This document shows, one piece after another, positions 18,449 through 28,161 of a stretch of DNA of 64,000 nt (the first letter of the stretch is position 1; every line of letters begins with the position of its first letter). A program made the translations under genes and the position numbers. The stretch lies in the NCBI GenBank assembly GCA_031411295.1, contig JANOAV010000010.1:25367-89366 (forward strand), read 5' to 3'. The stretch comes from Verrucomicrobiales bacterium (GTDB taxonomy: Bacteria; Verrucomicrobiota; Verrucomicrobiia; Verrucomicrobiales; V1-33). The notes beneath the pieces are model-generated. The model was not told where the DNA came from, searched no databases, and was given only the letters and a program-made list of their open reading frames with translations.

Positions 18449-19270
18449 TCACCTTGCGCTGTCAGGACCGAGACTGCGGATCACCTCTTCCAGCAGGGGA
18501 GCAGCCATTTCGACTTGATGGCAGGCTTGGGGAAAATTTCCGTTTTGCACATCGGCAACGTATTCCTGGAACGCGCTAATGCGTTCCTGCTGGAGACGCC
18601 GATTTTCTGCGGCAAAGTCCCGATACGCTTTGGCATGACGCGGGGCGCGTTCATCGTAGTCGCCCAGAATATCATCCGAGAACAGGAACTGGGTATCGCA
18701 ACCGCTGCCGGAGCCGAGGGACATCAGGAGCAGCTTCGTTTGGGAGGAAAGGAAGCGGGCGAGATTATGCGGCACCACTTCCAGTTCCGCGGCATAGGCC
18801 CCGGCATTTTCCAGTTCCTTCATTTTCCGATACAGCATCTGGGCCTCTTCCACGGTGCGTCCGATGGCCCGATAGCCGGTCCACGTGACATGCCGCGGCA
18901 CCAGACCAAGATGCCCGACGACAGGAATTCCCTCGCGCGCCATGGCCTCGATGATGAATGGACTGGCAGAACAGTAAACGGAACTCGCCCCCATTTCCAG
19001 CGCGCGGAATCCCACGCGAATCGCTTCCTCCTGCGATGCCATGCCATGGGGCGTGGCGGCAGAAAGGAAGCTCTGAGGAGCGGCGGCCACCAGCTTGGGC
19101 AAACGCGCCTCGGCTTCGGGGTTATCGAAGCTGCAGCTCATGAGGTCCACTCCTGCTTGTTCTGCGGCGGCGGCTTCCTCCGGGGACTTCACGTGGATAT
19201 GAGTTAGGCAACGTTTGCCCTTGAGCTGTTGGAGATCGAAGACGGTGTATTTTTTGCGCGGACGGAGCAT
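18449..19270 (-). CDS. PanB-like 3-methyl-2-oxobutanoate hydroxymethyltransferase homolog (divergent)
   Basis: IPVVGHLGLVP, LENAGA...LEVVP, GSGSGCD, DILG...PRHAKAY; lacks canonical LVGDS. Confidence 0.8.
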   Translation of the reverse strand: MLRPRKKYTVFDLQQLKGKRCLTHIHVKSPEEAAAAEQAGVDLMSCSFDNPEAEARLPKLVAAAPQSFLSAATPHGMASQEEAIRVGFRALEMGASSVYCSASPFIIEAMAREGIPVVGHLGLVPRHVTWTGYRAIGRTVEEAQMLYRKMKELENAGAYAAELEVVPHNLARFLSSQTKLLLMSLGSGSGCDTQFLFSDDILGDYDERAPRHAKAYRDFAAENRRLQQERISAFQEYVADVQNGNFPQACHQVEMAAPLLEEVIRSLGPDSAR

Positions 19271-19292
19271 GGTGGAGTCGGGGTAAAAAATG

Positions 19293-20885
19293 TTATTTCC
19301 AGGAGGGATACTCGTGGCCGAGATTGTCGTCAGTGATCGGAATTTCCTGATCCCACAGCTTGTTCATGCGTGGTTCAAGCACAATCCACCAACGATCAGG
19401 ATCGCCTTCGGGTTGGGGATCGCGATCATTTTCCGCCAACTTGAGCACGGCTTCCATCTCATTGCGGCCAGCCTCGGTGGTAAGATCGAAGACTGGCTTG
19501 CCTTCAATTTGATATTGGCTCAGCACTTCCCGCCAACGCGCGGAATTCGGCACCAGGGGCTGGTTGGAGGCGATGCAATTGTTGAGGCACATCATGGTGT
19601 GGGGAAACACCACCATGCCCGTCTTGGCAGCCCGACCCGAGTCTGTGCAGTTCCACATGACCACTCCGTCGGGTGCTAAATGTTGTTTCGCCAGTTCCAG
19701 AAATTCCTGCGAGAGCAAGCCGGACGCGAACTCGCGCCAGTGGTGCGTGGTGTTCATGAGAATGCAGTCGAATTTCCGGCCGGGCTGGCGCTTCAACCAG
19801 CGTCGACCATCGTCAATATTGATTTTCACGCGCGGATTCTGCAGGAGTCCTGACACTTGGGGATAGGCCGCAATCACTTCCATGTAGGCATGGCTGATTT
19901 CCACCACATCCACGTCTGGTTGATCCGGATGATTGGCGATGATCTGGGTCCAGGCACCCGCACTCATGCCGACCACCAGCACCGTCTTAATCGGCTTGGG
20001 ATGCACGGCGGAAATGAAGTAGGGCCGCACATGATAGTCGCCCTTGGTTAGGGAGGTATCGATCATGCCATCGTAGGCTCCGTTGCCATACACGTGACGT
20101 TCTGCGTCCACCGTCACCACCCCGTGGCGGCTCTCGATGGTCATGGTAAACGGTGGTTTCCCGGCAACCTCATGTTTCCAGAAAAGCCGTTCCCACAGCC
20201 CCTCATGCAGCGGACCATGCGCTGCGCCCAAACCCAGCAAAATGATACCGAAGCTCAGGCTCACACGATCCTTGACCAACGTGCGCCACCCAAACCACCC
20301 CGCCAAGAGCAGCCCCAAAGCCGCCAGCAGAGCGGCCATGACGTGCAGCGGGAAATATTCCAGCAACCAGAATCCAGTGAGTAAACTCCCGGCTCCGCTG
20401 CCAATAATATTGGCCAGGTAAACATAACTCAGCCGCGCCCCGGCCCGGGCATCCGGCGGGATGGCCACGTGGCACATCAGCGGCAGCGTGGTGCCCTGCA
20501 CGGCGGCCACCAGCGCGACCAAGCCCAGCGCCCAAGTCCAGGGCGGCAAACAGAGACCGGGAATCCACGTCCAGCAATCGTCCGCGTTCTTCAACGTCAC
20601 CATCCACGATGCCAGCGGCACCACCAGCACGGCCAAAATATTGGCCATCAAGATCAAACGCACCAGTGAGCGGAGCGAGGTCGCATCCTCCCGATGCTGC
20701 CAGCGCATGCTCCACAGTGAGCCCAGCGCCAGGCCCAGCAAGTAACTGCCTAGCATGGCTCCAAAAGCCGGGGCCCGGGAACCGGTCACGAAGTTGAATA
20801 ACCGCGCCCAGATGATTTCCCAGCTCAAGGCCGTGAAGCCGGACAAGGCTGCGGCCACCAGGATTTGTCGGGTGGCCTTACTCAT
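19293..20885 (-). CDS. Membrane-fused spermidine-synthase-like (class I SAM-fold) protein
   Basis: Multiple TMs (SGFTALSWEIIWAR, YLANIIGS); VLVVGMSAG, VVEI, DDGRRWL, FDCILMN. Confidence 0.85.
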   Translation of the reverse strand: MSKATRQILVAAALSGFTALSWEIIWARLFNFVTGSRAPAFGAMLGSYLLGLALGSLWSMRWQHREDATSLRSLVRLILMANILAVLVVPLASWMVTLKNADDCWTWIPGLCLPPWTWALGLVALVAAVQGTTLPLMCHVAIPPDARAGARLSYVYLANIIGSGAGSLLTGFWLLEYFPLHVMAALLAALGLLLAGWFGWRTLVKDRVSLSFGIILLGLGAAHGPLHEGLWERLFWKHEVAGKPPFTMTIESRHGVVTVDAERHVYGNGAYDGMIDTSLTKGDYHVRPYFISAVHPKPIKTVLVVGMSAGAWTQIIANHPDQPDVDVVEISHAYMEVIAAYPQVSGLLQNPRVKINIDDGRRWLKRQPGRKFDCILMNTTHHWREFASGLLSQEFLELAKQHLAPDGVVMWNCTDSGRAAKTGMVVFPHTMMCLNNCIASNQPLVPNSARWREVLSQYQIEGKPVFDLTTEAGRNEMEAVLKLAENDRDPQPEGDPDRWWIVLEPRMNKLWDQEIPITDDNLGHEYPSWK

Positions 20886-21537
20886 GGGAGGCTCCTTTCC
20901 GATGCAACATCCAAGCCAGTAAAATCACCGTGGCCACCGCCGCATTTAAGATGGCTGCCAACAGGACGGAACCGCTTTCACCAAAGCGACCCAGGCAGAA
21001 GAACACCGCAATAAACGCTCCCAGAGCAGCTCCCAGCGTATTTACAAAATAGAGCCAACTCACACTGCGCCCCACGGCGGCGGTTTCCCTAACCTGTTGT
21101 GCCACCAGCAACGGCAGCGTGGCTCCCATCAGCAACGTGGGCAGAAAAATCAACGCAAACGCCAGGACGCCCGTGAGCAAGGCTCCCGCCCCTAACGTGA
21201 GATCGCCCACCCAGTGGAATAATTGCAAACTGATCAACCCATAGAAACCGATCCCGAACTCTGCCAGCGAGAACAGTAGGACCAGCGGCACGCGGGAACG
21301 CTCCGAGACCCATCCGCCAGCCAAACTCCCCAATCCCAGCCCCACCATGAAAGCCGTCACCACCATGGCCACGGACTCCACGTTACAGCCGTAAATCGTG
21401 AACAGAGCGCGTTGCCAGATCATTTGGTAAATGAGCGCAGAAATCCCGGAGATCGTAAAGACCGAGAACAACAACGCCCGGGGCACCGTGGGTGCCACCG
21501 CAACGGGCGAGAGAGGATGGGGGGCAAGGGATTCCAT
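20878..21537 (-). CDS. Membrane protein corresponding to the N-terminal half of fused MFS/spermidine synthase proteins
   Basis: SGISALIYQMIWQRAL, FMVGLGLGSLAGG, LPTLLMGATLP, LYFVNTLGAALG; overlaps the next gene. Confidence 0.85.
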   Translation of the reverse strand: MESLAPHPLSPVAVAPTVPRALLFSVFTISGISALIYQMIWQRALFTIYGCNVESVAMVVTAFMVGLGLGSLAGGWVSERSRVPLVLLFSLAEFGIGFYGLISLQLFHWVGDLTLGAGALLTGVLAFALIFLPTLLMGATLPLLVAQQVRETAAVGRSVSWLYFVNTLGAALGAFIAVFFCLGRFGESGSVLLAAILNAAVATVILLAWMLHRKGASHE

Positions 21538-21668
21538 AGCAGAGAGGCGCTTTCTTCGTGGGGAGGCGCGTGGTTGTCAACCCGGTCTGTCCTCCGGATC
21601 CGCCCTGCCGCATGAATGAGCGAGCAAGATTGATTTGCGATGGGTCCTGCGTCGAGGACACTTACGGC

Positions 21669-22988
21669 ATGAATAAATTTCATCCATCCCGATGGCTGGG
21701 CTTGGCGATGCTCGCCCTGCCAGTCGTTGCCACCGCCCAAGACTACGCTTACGAGAAAGCCCCGTTTAATTACTGGTCGCGTGAGTTGGACAATCCCGTG
21801 ACCCGACTGCAAGCCCGCTTGGATTCAGGAAAGGTCGTCCTGCCCTTGGGCGACGAGAAGGCCACCATGGAAATGCTGCTCAAGGAGTTGGAAATCTCCC
21901 CAGAATCGCAGGTCATCGTTTTTTCCAAAACCAGCCTCCAGCGGGATCGGATCTCGCGCCAGCATCCCCGAGCGATCTTCTTTAACGAACAAACTTATGT
22001 GGGCACAGTCCCGGGCGGGTTGTTCGAACTCACCACGATGGAGAAGGAGATTGGCCCCATTTTCTATCACTTGGATGCGAACCGCCCGGACCGCAAAATC
22101 CCGAAATTTGACCGCAATGAGAATTGCATGTCCTGCCACGGTGGCGGCACCACGGATTATCTCCCGGGATTTGTCGTGCGCAGTGTGTTTCCCGATGAAG
22201 TGGGGGAACCTCTCTACCAGGCCGGAACCAGCCTAATTGATCAGAACAGCCCGCTGAACAATCGGTGGGGCGGATGGTTCGTGACCGGAAATACCGGAAA
22301 CCTAACGCACCGCGGCAACGCCACCGCCACCATGCTGGAAGGCAATGCGGTGCTTCATTCCGATGGGGTTTATAACCAAACGTCACTGGACAAATTTTTC
22401 GAGACCAAGCGCTACTTGCGTTCCTCGAGCGACGTCGTTTCCCTGCTCGTGCTGGAGCATCAGGCCGGCATGCACAATCGCATCACCAAAGCCAGCTACG
22501 ACGTGCGCGGAGCCATTGAGCGACGCATGGATTTGCTGACCGAATTGGGGGAACAGCCAGGGGCCGCCCTGACTGGGTCCGCGTTGTCCGTGGCTAAATC
22601 TCACGTGGAAAAAGTCCTGCAGTTTCTCCTGTTCGCAGGTGAAGCTCCGTTGCCTGAAGGAGGCGTCGAAGGTTCTCGCGCGGTGGTCGATGCCTTCCTG
22701 GAGCGACGCATTGCCACGAAAGACGGGCGTTCCCTGCGCGATCTGCAATTGCTGAATCGCGTCTTCAAATACCGCTGCAGCTACCTCATCTACGCCCCGG
22801 AATGGGACAGTCTGCCCGTTCCCTTCTTGGAAATGGTGTATCAACGTCTCTACCAAATTCTCACCAGCCCGGAGCCGACCAAAGGCTACGAGCATCTGGT
22901 GACCAGCGAGCGTCGTAACATTCTGGAAATTCTCCGCGAAACCAAACCAGGGCTCCCCGATTATTTTCTGAAGGATCCCAAAGCTTGA
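21669..22988 (+). CDS. Secreted hypothetical protein with one c-type heme motif
   Basis: Signal peptide; VFSKTSLQ, CMSCH, RWGGWFVTG, GRSLRDLQL..RVFKYRCSY. Confidence 0.8.
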   Translation: MNKFHPSRWLGLAMLALPVVATAQDYAYEKAPFNYWSRELDNPVTRLQARLDSGKVVLPLGDEKATMEMLLKELEISPESQVIVFSKTSLQRDRISRQHPRAIFFNEQTYVGTVPGGLFELTTMEKEIGPIFYHLDANRPDRKIPKFDRNENCMSCHGGGTTDYLPGFVVRSVFPDEVGEPLYQAGTSLIDQNSPLNNRWGGWFVTGNTGNLTHRGNATATMLEGNAVLHSDGVYNQTSLDKFFETKRYLRSSSDVVSLLVLEHQAGMHNRITKASYDVRGAIERRMDLLTELGEQPGAALTGSALSVAKSHVEKVLQFLLFAGEAPLPEGGVEGSRAVVDAFLERRIATKDGRSLRDLQLLNRVFKYRCSYLIYAPEWDSLPVPFLEMVYQRLYQILTSPEPTKGYEHLVTSERRNILEILRETKPGLPDYFLKDPKA

Positions 22989-23080
22989 TGCCTTGATACC
23001 CTTGGGAAGGAGTGGAGGTGGTCCTCTGGAATCGGCAAATACCCTTGTGAAGTTGCCAAACCAAAGCCACCATCGCCACC

Positions 23081-24001
23081 ATGACCATCTTCCTGCGAAA
23101 AATCAGCTTCTACTTTGCCGTCGGTGGCATCGTGGCGCTCATCATGCTGGTGAAATCCCTTTCCCAGACACCTGCGATGCCGGCCCCGCCGATCAAGCCG
23201 GTGACCAAACCCGCTGCCCACGCTATTGCCGCGTCCGGACTAGTCGAGGCCCGCAACGAGAACACCAACATTGGGGTGCCGATGCCGGGGTTGGTGACTT
23301 CCGTGAACGTCAAAGTGTGGCAACAGGTGAAAAGAAATGACGTGCTGATGCAGTTGGATGATCGGGAATTGCGGGCTCAGTTGCTCACGCAAGGCGCGCA
23401 AGTTCAGGTGGCCACGGCCAGCTTGAAACGCTTGGAGGATCAACTGTCCCGCCTCCAGAGCGCCTCCAGCTCTGGCGCGGTTACTTTGGATGAAATCAGC
23501 ACCCGCAAGAACGACGTCGAAGTTTCCCGTGCCCAACTCGCCAGTGCCGAGGCCACCCGGGAACAGACCAAGCTGCTCATGGAGCGCCTCACCATCCGCG
23601 CCCCGATTGATGGCACCATTTTACAAATCAACACCCGCGTCGGAGAATACGCTTCCGGCAGCGGCAAGCAGGCCGCCATGGTGCTGGGGCAGATTGATCT
23701 GCTCCAAGTGCGGGCCGATGTGGATGAGCAGTTGGCCCCCCGCGTCTCGGAAAACATGACCGCCCAAGCGTGGATCAAAGGCGACTCCACCCATCCGATG
23801 GATCTTACATTCGTGCGCATCGAGCCCTTTATCGTGCCCAAGATCTCCCTTACTGGAAGCTCGGCCGAGCGCGTGGACACCCGGGTCCTGCAGGTCATTT
23901 TCACCCTCAAACCCGACCAGCAGCGGAAGGTGTATGTCGGCCAGCAAATGGATATTTATCTCATGGATCCGGCCACCCCTCCCGGTGCCCCAGCAAACTA
24001 A
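23081..24001 (+). CDS. Efflux/ABC membrane-fusion (HlyD-family) periplasmic adaptor
   Basis: N-terminal TM; ASGLVE, coiled coil, IRAPIDGTIL, VRADVDE, ERVDTRVLQVI. Confidence 0.9.
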   Translation: MTIFLRKISFYFAVGGIVALIMLVKSLSQTPAMPAPPIKPVTKPAAHAIAASGLVEARNENTNIGVPMPGLVTSVNVKVWQQVKRNDVLMQLDDRELRAQLLTQGAQVQVATASLKRLEDQLSRLQSASSSGAVTLDEISTRKNDVEVSRAQLASAEATREQTKLLMERLTIRAPIDGTILQINTRVGEYASGSGKQAAMVLGQIDLLQVRADVDEQLAPRVSENMTAQAWIKGDSTHPMDLTFVRIEPFIVPKISLTGSSAERVDTRVLQVIFTLKPDQQRKVYVGQQMDIYLMDPATPPGAPAN

Positions 24002-24092
24002 CCGCGATTGCTCTGCGCGGAAACTTTGACAATTTGAGCAAAATCTCTACTGTAGGGTCTAATAATTCCCCTGCTACACTCAATCCATTGCC

Positions 24093-25016
24093 ATGAACAC
24101 GATTCGCCCGCTCATTCTTACCCTGGCCACCCTTTGCTTTACCAACCTCCTGACTGCGCAAGACGCGGCGGTTCCTGGCAAAACCAAACTTAAGCTGGAC
24201 GAGGCCCCAGAGGGTAAAGCCGACCCCACTCTGAAACTGGATCCCACCGGAAAACTGCCCGCCGCCAATAAGGAGGACGCCCTGGCACCACTCGAAATGG
24301 AAGCCCAAGCCAAGCCAGCGGAACTCCCCGCCGCCTTGAAAAAGCTGGCTCCAGACCAACTCCAGAAATATTCCAACATCCGCGAGGAAGCCACCAACTT
24401 CATGAAGTCGGTGCGCTTGCAGGAATCACTGGAGAAACTGGTCGAGGCCGAACGCATCGTGGGCGAGCCAGTGGCCGAGATTGAGAATCTCCGTGGTGCC
24501 ATCTACACCAAAATGCGCGATTTCACCAACGCCCGGGTGCATTTCCAGAAGTCCGTTAGTTTGGATAAGAATAGTTTTCACCCACAATTCAATCTGGCGG
24601 AGCTGGATTTCGTAGAAAAGAAATTCCCCTCCGCCATTGCCTCCTTCACTTCCCTGATCGCAGAAAACGAAACGCTCAAGAAGGAAGCCATGGCCGGGAT
24701 GAAGGAGGAATTCCGCGCGACCCTGGCGCGCCAATTCGATACCACGAAAAGGCTCATCGAATTCAAGATCTTTATCTGCCAAACCTTGGAGAAAAATTCG
24801 GCCGAAGCGGACAAATTAATCAAGGGTTTCAACTCCTACGATAACGACAGCCCGGCTTATTATTTCGCCAAGGCCGTGCAATCATTCGTCAAGGAACAAA
24901 AAGAAACCGCCGAGGAGTGGCTTGCTTCTGCCAAGAACATTTACCCGGCCGCGCTCACCGAAGTTTACCAAGACTCCATGGTCGAAATGGGTTGGATGAC
25001 TACCTTGGCGCAATAG
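24093..25016 (+). CDS. Secreted tetratricopeptide-repeat protein
   Basis: Signal peptide; NLRGAIYTKMRDF..A..HFQKS, FNLAELDF, AYYFAKA TPR patterns. Confidence 0.8.
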   Translation: MNTIRPLILTLATLCFTNLLTAQDAAVPGKTKLKLDEAPEGKADPTLKLDPTGKLPAANKEDALAPLEMEAQAKPAELPAALKKLAPDQLQKYSNIREEATNFMKSVRLQESLEKLVEAERIVGEPVAEIENLRGAIYTKMRDFTNARVHFQKSVSLDKNSFHPQFNLAELDFVEKKFPSAIASFTSLIAENETLKKEAMAGMKEEFRATLARQFDTTKRLIEFKIFICQTLEKNSAEADKLIKGFNSYDNDSPAYYFAKAVQSFVKEQKETAEEWLASAKNIYPAALTEVYQDSMVEMGWMTTLAQ

Positions 25017-25147
25017 CGCAAGGTCCTTTCCATAGAGTGCGTTCCGCAAGAAAATTCGCAGAATTTTCTTGTAGGCTGAAGGGTATTTTACTTTAGTGTG
25101 CCCTGTTGTCAGACTTGAACTAATTATCCCACCTACCGATACTTCTC

Positions 25148-25420
25148 ATGGAAACCATCAACGCTCCGCAACTCATTGTCTCCGGTTCCTCCGGCAGCAG
25201 CTTCTGGCATCACTTGGCAACCGAAGCCTTGCCGGCAACGCTGATTTACTCGCTGGCGGGCATCCTCTTGGCGTTGTTCGCTTTCCGCCTGCTGGACTGG
25301 CTCACGCCGGGCGACCTGAACAAGAAAATCTTCGAGGAGGGCAACATTGCCGCCGCCATCTTGGGGGCGGCTCTGGTCCTTGGGATCTGCGCCATCATTG
25401 TAGCCTCCATTGCGGGATGA
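25148..25420 (+). CDS. DUF350 (YjfL-like) membrane protein
   Basis: Two TMs; LDWLTPGDL..KI.EEGNIAAAI. Confidence 0.9.
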   Translation: METINAPQLIVSGSSGSSFWHHLATEALPATLIYSLAGILLALFAFRLLDWLTPGDLNKKIFEEGNIAAAILGAALVLGICAIIVASIAG

Positions 25421-25860
25421 ACGACGTTTACAGTCATTCCGCGCAGGGCACCCAAGCGCAGGTCGCCTCCAAGAAGCGACGCAGCGCTTGGATCACCATT
25501 GGGGTGGTGGCTGCCGTGGTGATCGGCGTGCCGGTGATCCTTAGCCAATGTGGTGAAGATGAGGATCCTGTCGTGGATGGGCAGGAGTATGAAAATAACT
25601 ATTATGTTCCCGGAGCCGGTTACTATCACGTGGGTTACCATAGTTTTTATCCCTATCGGTTCAACCACTACGATGCTTCCTTGGGAGGGTATTACTATGG
25701 TGGCGGTTGGCATGGCAGCGCAGATACCGCCAGTCGTTTAACCTCCTCCGTGCCCCATCCCAGCGCCACCGCCAAGGCTAACAGTAGTTTCCGCGCCACC
25801 AGCCCCTCTTCACGCGGTGGATTCGGCAAGAGCGGCAGTTTCTTTTCCTCAGGCTCATGA
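25417..25860 (+). CDS. YgiB/DUF1190-like membrane-anchored protein
   Basis: ATGA-coupled on both sides; TM, Tyr/Gly-rich region, C-terminal SRGGFG. Confidence 0.75.
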   Translation: MNDVYSHSAQGTQAQVASKKRRSAWITIGVVAAVVIGVPVILSQCGEDEDPVVDGQEYENNYYVPGAGYYHVGYHSFYPYRFNHYDASLGGYYYGGGWHGSADTASRLTSSVPHPSATAKANSSFRATSPSSRGGFGKSGSFFSSGS

Positions 25861-26990
25861 CCCGACATCGCCTGTCCCCTCGTCCCGATTGGGAGGAAAA
25901 AGTCCGCTCACTGGGCCTAGCCTGGCATCATGATGCCGCCGATACGCCCTACTGGGACGAAAGCACTGCCTATGAACTCAGTCTGGATGAGATCAGCCGA
26001 CTGGAAGAAACCGCTGCAGATCTTCATCAACTCTACATCGAAGCCACCGATCACATCATTGCCAAAAACCGCTGGGATGACCTAGCCATTCCGCCTGCGC
26101 ATGTGCCCTACCTTCGGGATTCGTGGGAGAGCGAAGAATTCACCCTCTACGGGCGCTTTGACATGGTGCTCAATTATTGGGGACAGCCAGTATTGCTGGA
26201 GTATAACGCTGACACCCCCACCGCCCTGCTTGAGGCCGCTGTGGTCCAGTGGCAATGGCTCCAGGACGTGAAACCCAAGGACGATCAATGGAATATGCTC
26301 CATGAAAATCTCGTCAAAGCCTGGCGGCAACTGGCCCCCGCCCACATTCATCTCGCCTCTGTGGGGGACGGTTGGGAAGATGAAATAACCGTGGCCTACC
26401 TGGAGGAAACCGCCCGCCAAGCAGGCCTGGAAACCACCCGCCTAGCCATGGCTGGCATCGGCTGGAATGAAAGCCAGGGTTGCTTCATTGATGAAAGTGA
26501 CGATCCCATCACAACCTTATTTAAGCTCTATCCCTGGGAGTGGATGCTGCGTGAAGAATTCAGCCAGAATCTCGCGCGGAGTGGATGTCGTTTCCTGGAG
26601 GCCCCATGGAAACTGCTCTGGAGTAACAAAGCCATGTTGGCCATCCTTTGGGAACTTTTCCCCTCCCACCCTGCGCTGCTGCCCTGCTACAAAGAGCAGG
26701 CATTGCTGGGAGAAACCTTCGTCCGCAAACCCTATTTCAGTCGGGAGGGTGCCAACGTGTCCATCGTGGAACAGGGAAAGATCGTGGCCGAACAACAGGG
26801 CCCCTACGGAGCCGAGGGCTGGATCTACCAAGCCATAGCCGAAAATCGTGCGCAAGACGGTCACTGGCCAGTGCTGGGAGTCTGGATGGTGGATGGGGAG
26901 CCTTCGGGCTTGGGCATCCGTGAGGATCAAAAACGGATCACCGCCAACACCTCTCGTTTCGTGCCGCACTTCATTCCCAACTCGGTTTAA
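25857..26990 (+). CDS. Glutathionylspermidine synthase family (YgiC-like) ATP-grasp protein
   Basis: YWDE, LYGRFD, LLEYNADTPT, FKLYPWEW, SNKAML, KPYFSREGAN, GIRED, FVPH. Confidence 0.93.
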   Translation: MTRHRLSPRPDWEEKVRSLGLAWHHDAADTPYWDESTAYELSLDEISRLEETAADLHQLYIEATDHIIAKNRWDDLAIPPAHVPYLRDSWESEEFTLYGRFDMVLNYWGQPVLLEYNADTPTALLEAAVVQWQWLQDVKPKDDQWNMLHENLVKAWRQLAPAHIHLASVGDGWEDEITVAYLEETARQAGLETTRLAMAGIGWNESQGCFIDESDDPITTLFKLYPWEWMLREEFSQNLARSGCRFLEAPWKLLWSNKAMLAILWELFPSHPALLPCYKEQALLGETFVRKPYFSREGANVSIVEQGKIVAEQQGPYGAEGWIYQAIAENRAQDGHWPVLGVWMVDGEPSGLGIREDQKRITANTSRFVPHFIPNSV

Positions 26991-26998
26991 AGCGCTCA

Positions 26999-27949
26999 CT
27001 AGCCTGAGCGATACCGCTGGCCCACCCAAAGGTCACCGCCCAAGCCCCCGCTCGCATAAGCCTGGGGACGCACACTACGCCGGATCTCCACCAGCGCCTG
27101 AAGCACCTCCATGACAAATTTAGCGGAGCCCAAGACCGCTCCCTTCACCAAAGCCGCCTGCCGACTCCGCAGGACCGAACCCAACGTCACAGGCTCAGAC
27201 CCAGGGCCAGACTCGGGAGATTCGGACGGGCTTAATTTTCCGCCGCATAGGCCGGCATACCAAGATTTAACGCCCGACCATCCCGGAAGTGCACTCAACT
27301 CCATGATCCCGTGCTGACTTTCCACCTTGCCCAAGTTAGCGCTGCCATAACCCGAGTAAGGATAATCCTCCGGTTCCGCCACCACGCCAGCACGCACCGG
27401 GTTCAAATCAATATACGCCGCCACGATCTGGAGCGGATTGCGCTCCCCCTCGCGAGATTCCACGAGCACGCTCTTAAATCGTTCCGTCCACAAAGTGCCC
27501 CGGGTTCCATGATTTCGGTTATGGCCCATAGTAAAGCGCTGTTTGAGCAATTGCATAAACACCGAAAGATCGTGCATCCTCCCGAGATGCATCGCCAACT
27601 CTCCCTCCCAGAGCCGGTCCAATTCCGGAGATCCCCGCCCCTCCCATAGCTCCCGAACCAAGTCCCCAGCTTCCGTGCCATACAGCAACGCAACCCGATT
27701 CCCCAACTGAACCCCATTCAATGCAGCATCCGCCACCGCCTTATGGGGCACGCGGATCAGCAGGTGGAAATGATTACTCATCACGCAGAAAGTCAGCACC
27801 GTCACCCCACAGTATGCCGCCACCCGATGCAGCAGTTCGCACAAACTAACCTTCTCCTCCGCCCCCAGCCAAAGCTGGCCCTGGGTGATTCGACACACGA
27901 CATGATAACAAGCAGATTGATGAAGAAGCTTCAGACGACAGCGGCGCAT
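26999..27949 (-). mobile_element. REP-associated tyrosine transposase-like (Y1/HUH) gene, copy 1
   Basis: YHVVCR, MSNHFHLL (HUH), LWTERFKSVLVE, YIDLNPVRAG, DYPYSGY. Confidence 0.9.
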
Positions 27950-27978
27950 AAATTCGGTTCTATTAGATTTACGGCCTC

Positions 27979-28023
27979 AAGCTAACCAAAATGTCCGCTC
28001 CGTCAATTAAAAAATACACTGTC
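27979..28023 (-). promoter_or_regulatory. Sigma70-like promoter plus upstream GACAG motif of RAYT copy 1
   Basis: Minus strand GACAG-N12-TTGACG-N16-TAGCTT; matches the arrangement upstream of RAYT copy 2. Confidence 0.6.
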
Positions 28024-28161
28024 CCTTATTTATTTGCTGGGATGCTGGGAGCAATTTCTTTGCTTTTGCATGGGGTATTTCTGTCTCCATCCCGCCCTTT
28101 ACATCTCTGCGGGCTTGCGCCATATCGATTGCGCACCTCCCCCTGCACCCAAGATTTTCCC

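Noticed and set aside
27991..28161. 57-aa N-terminal extension of CarB from the ORF track
   Set aside because: The conserved CarB start is MPKD at 28162; the extension overlaps the RAYT promoter region
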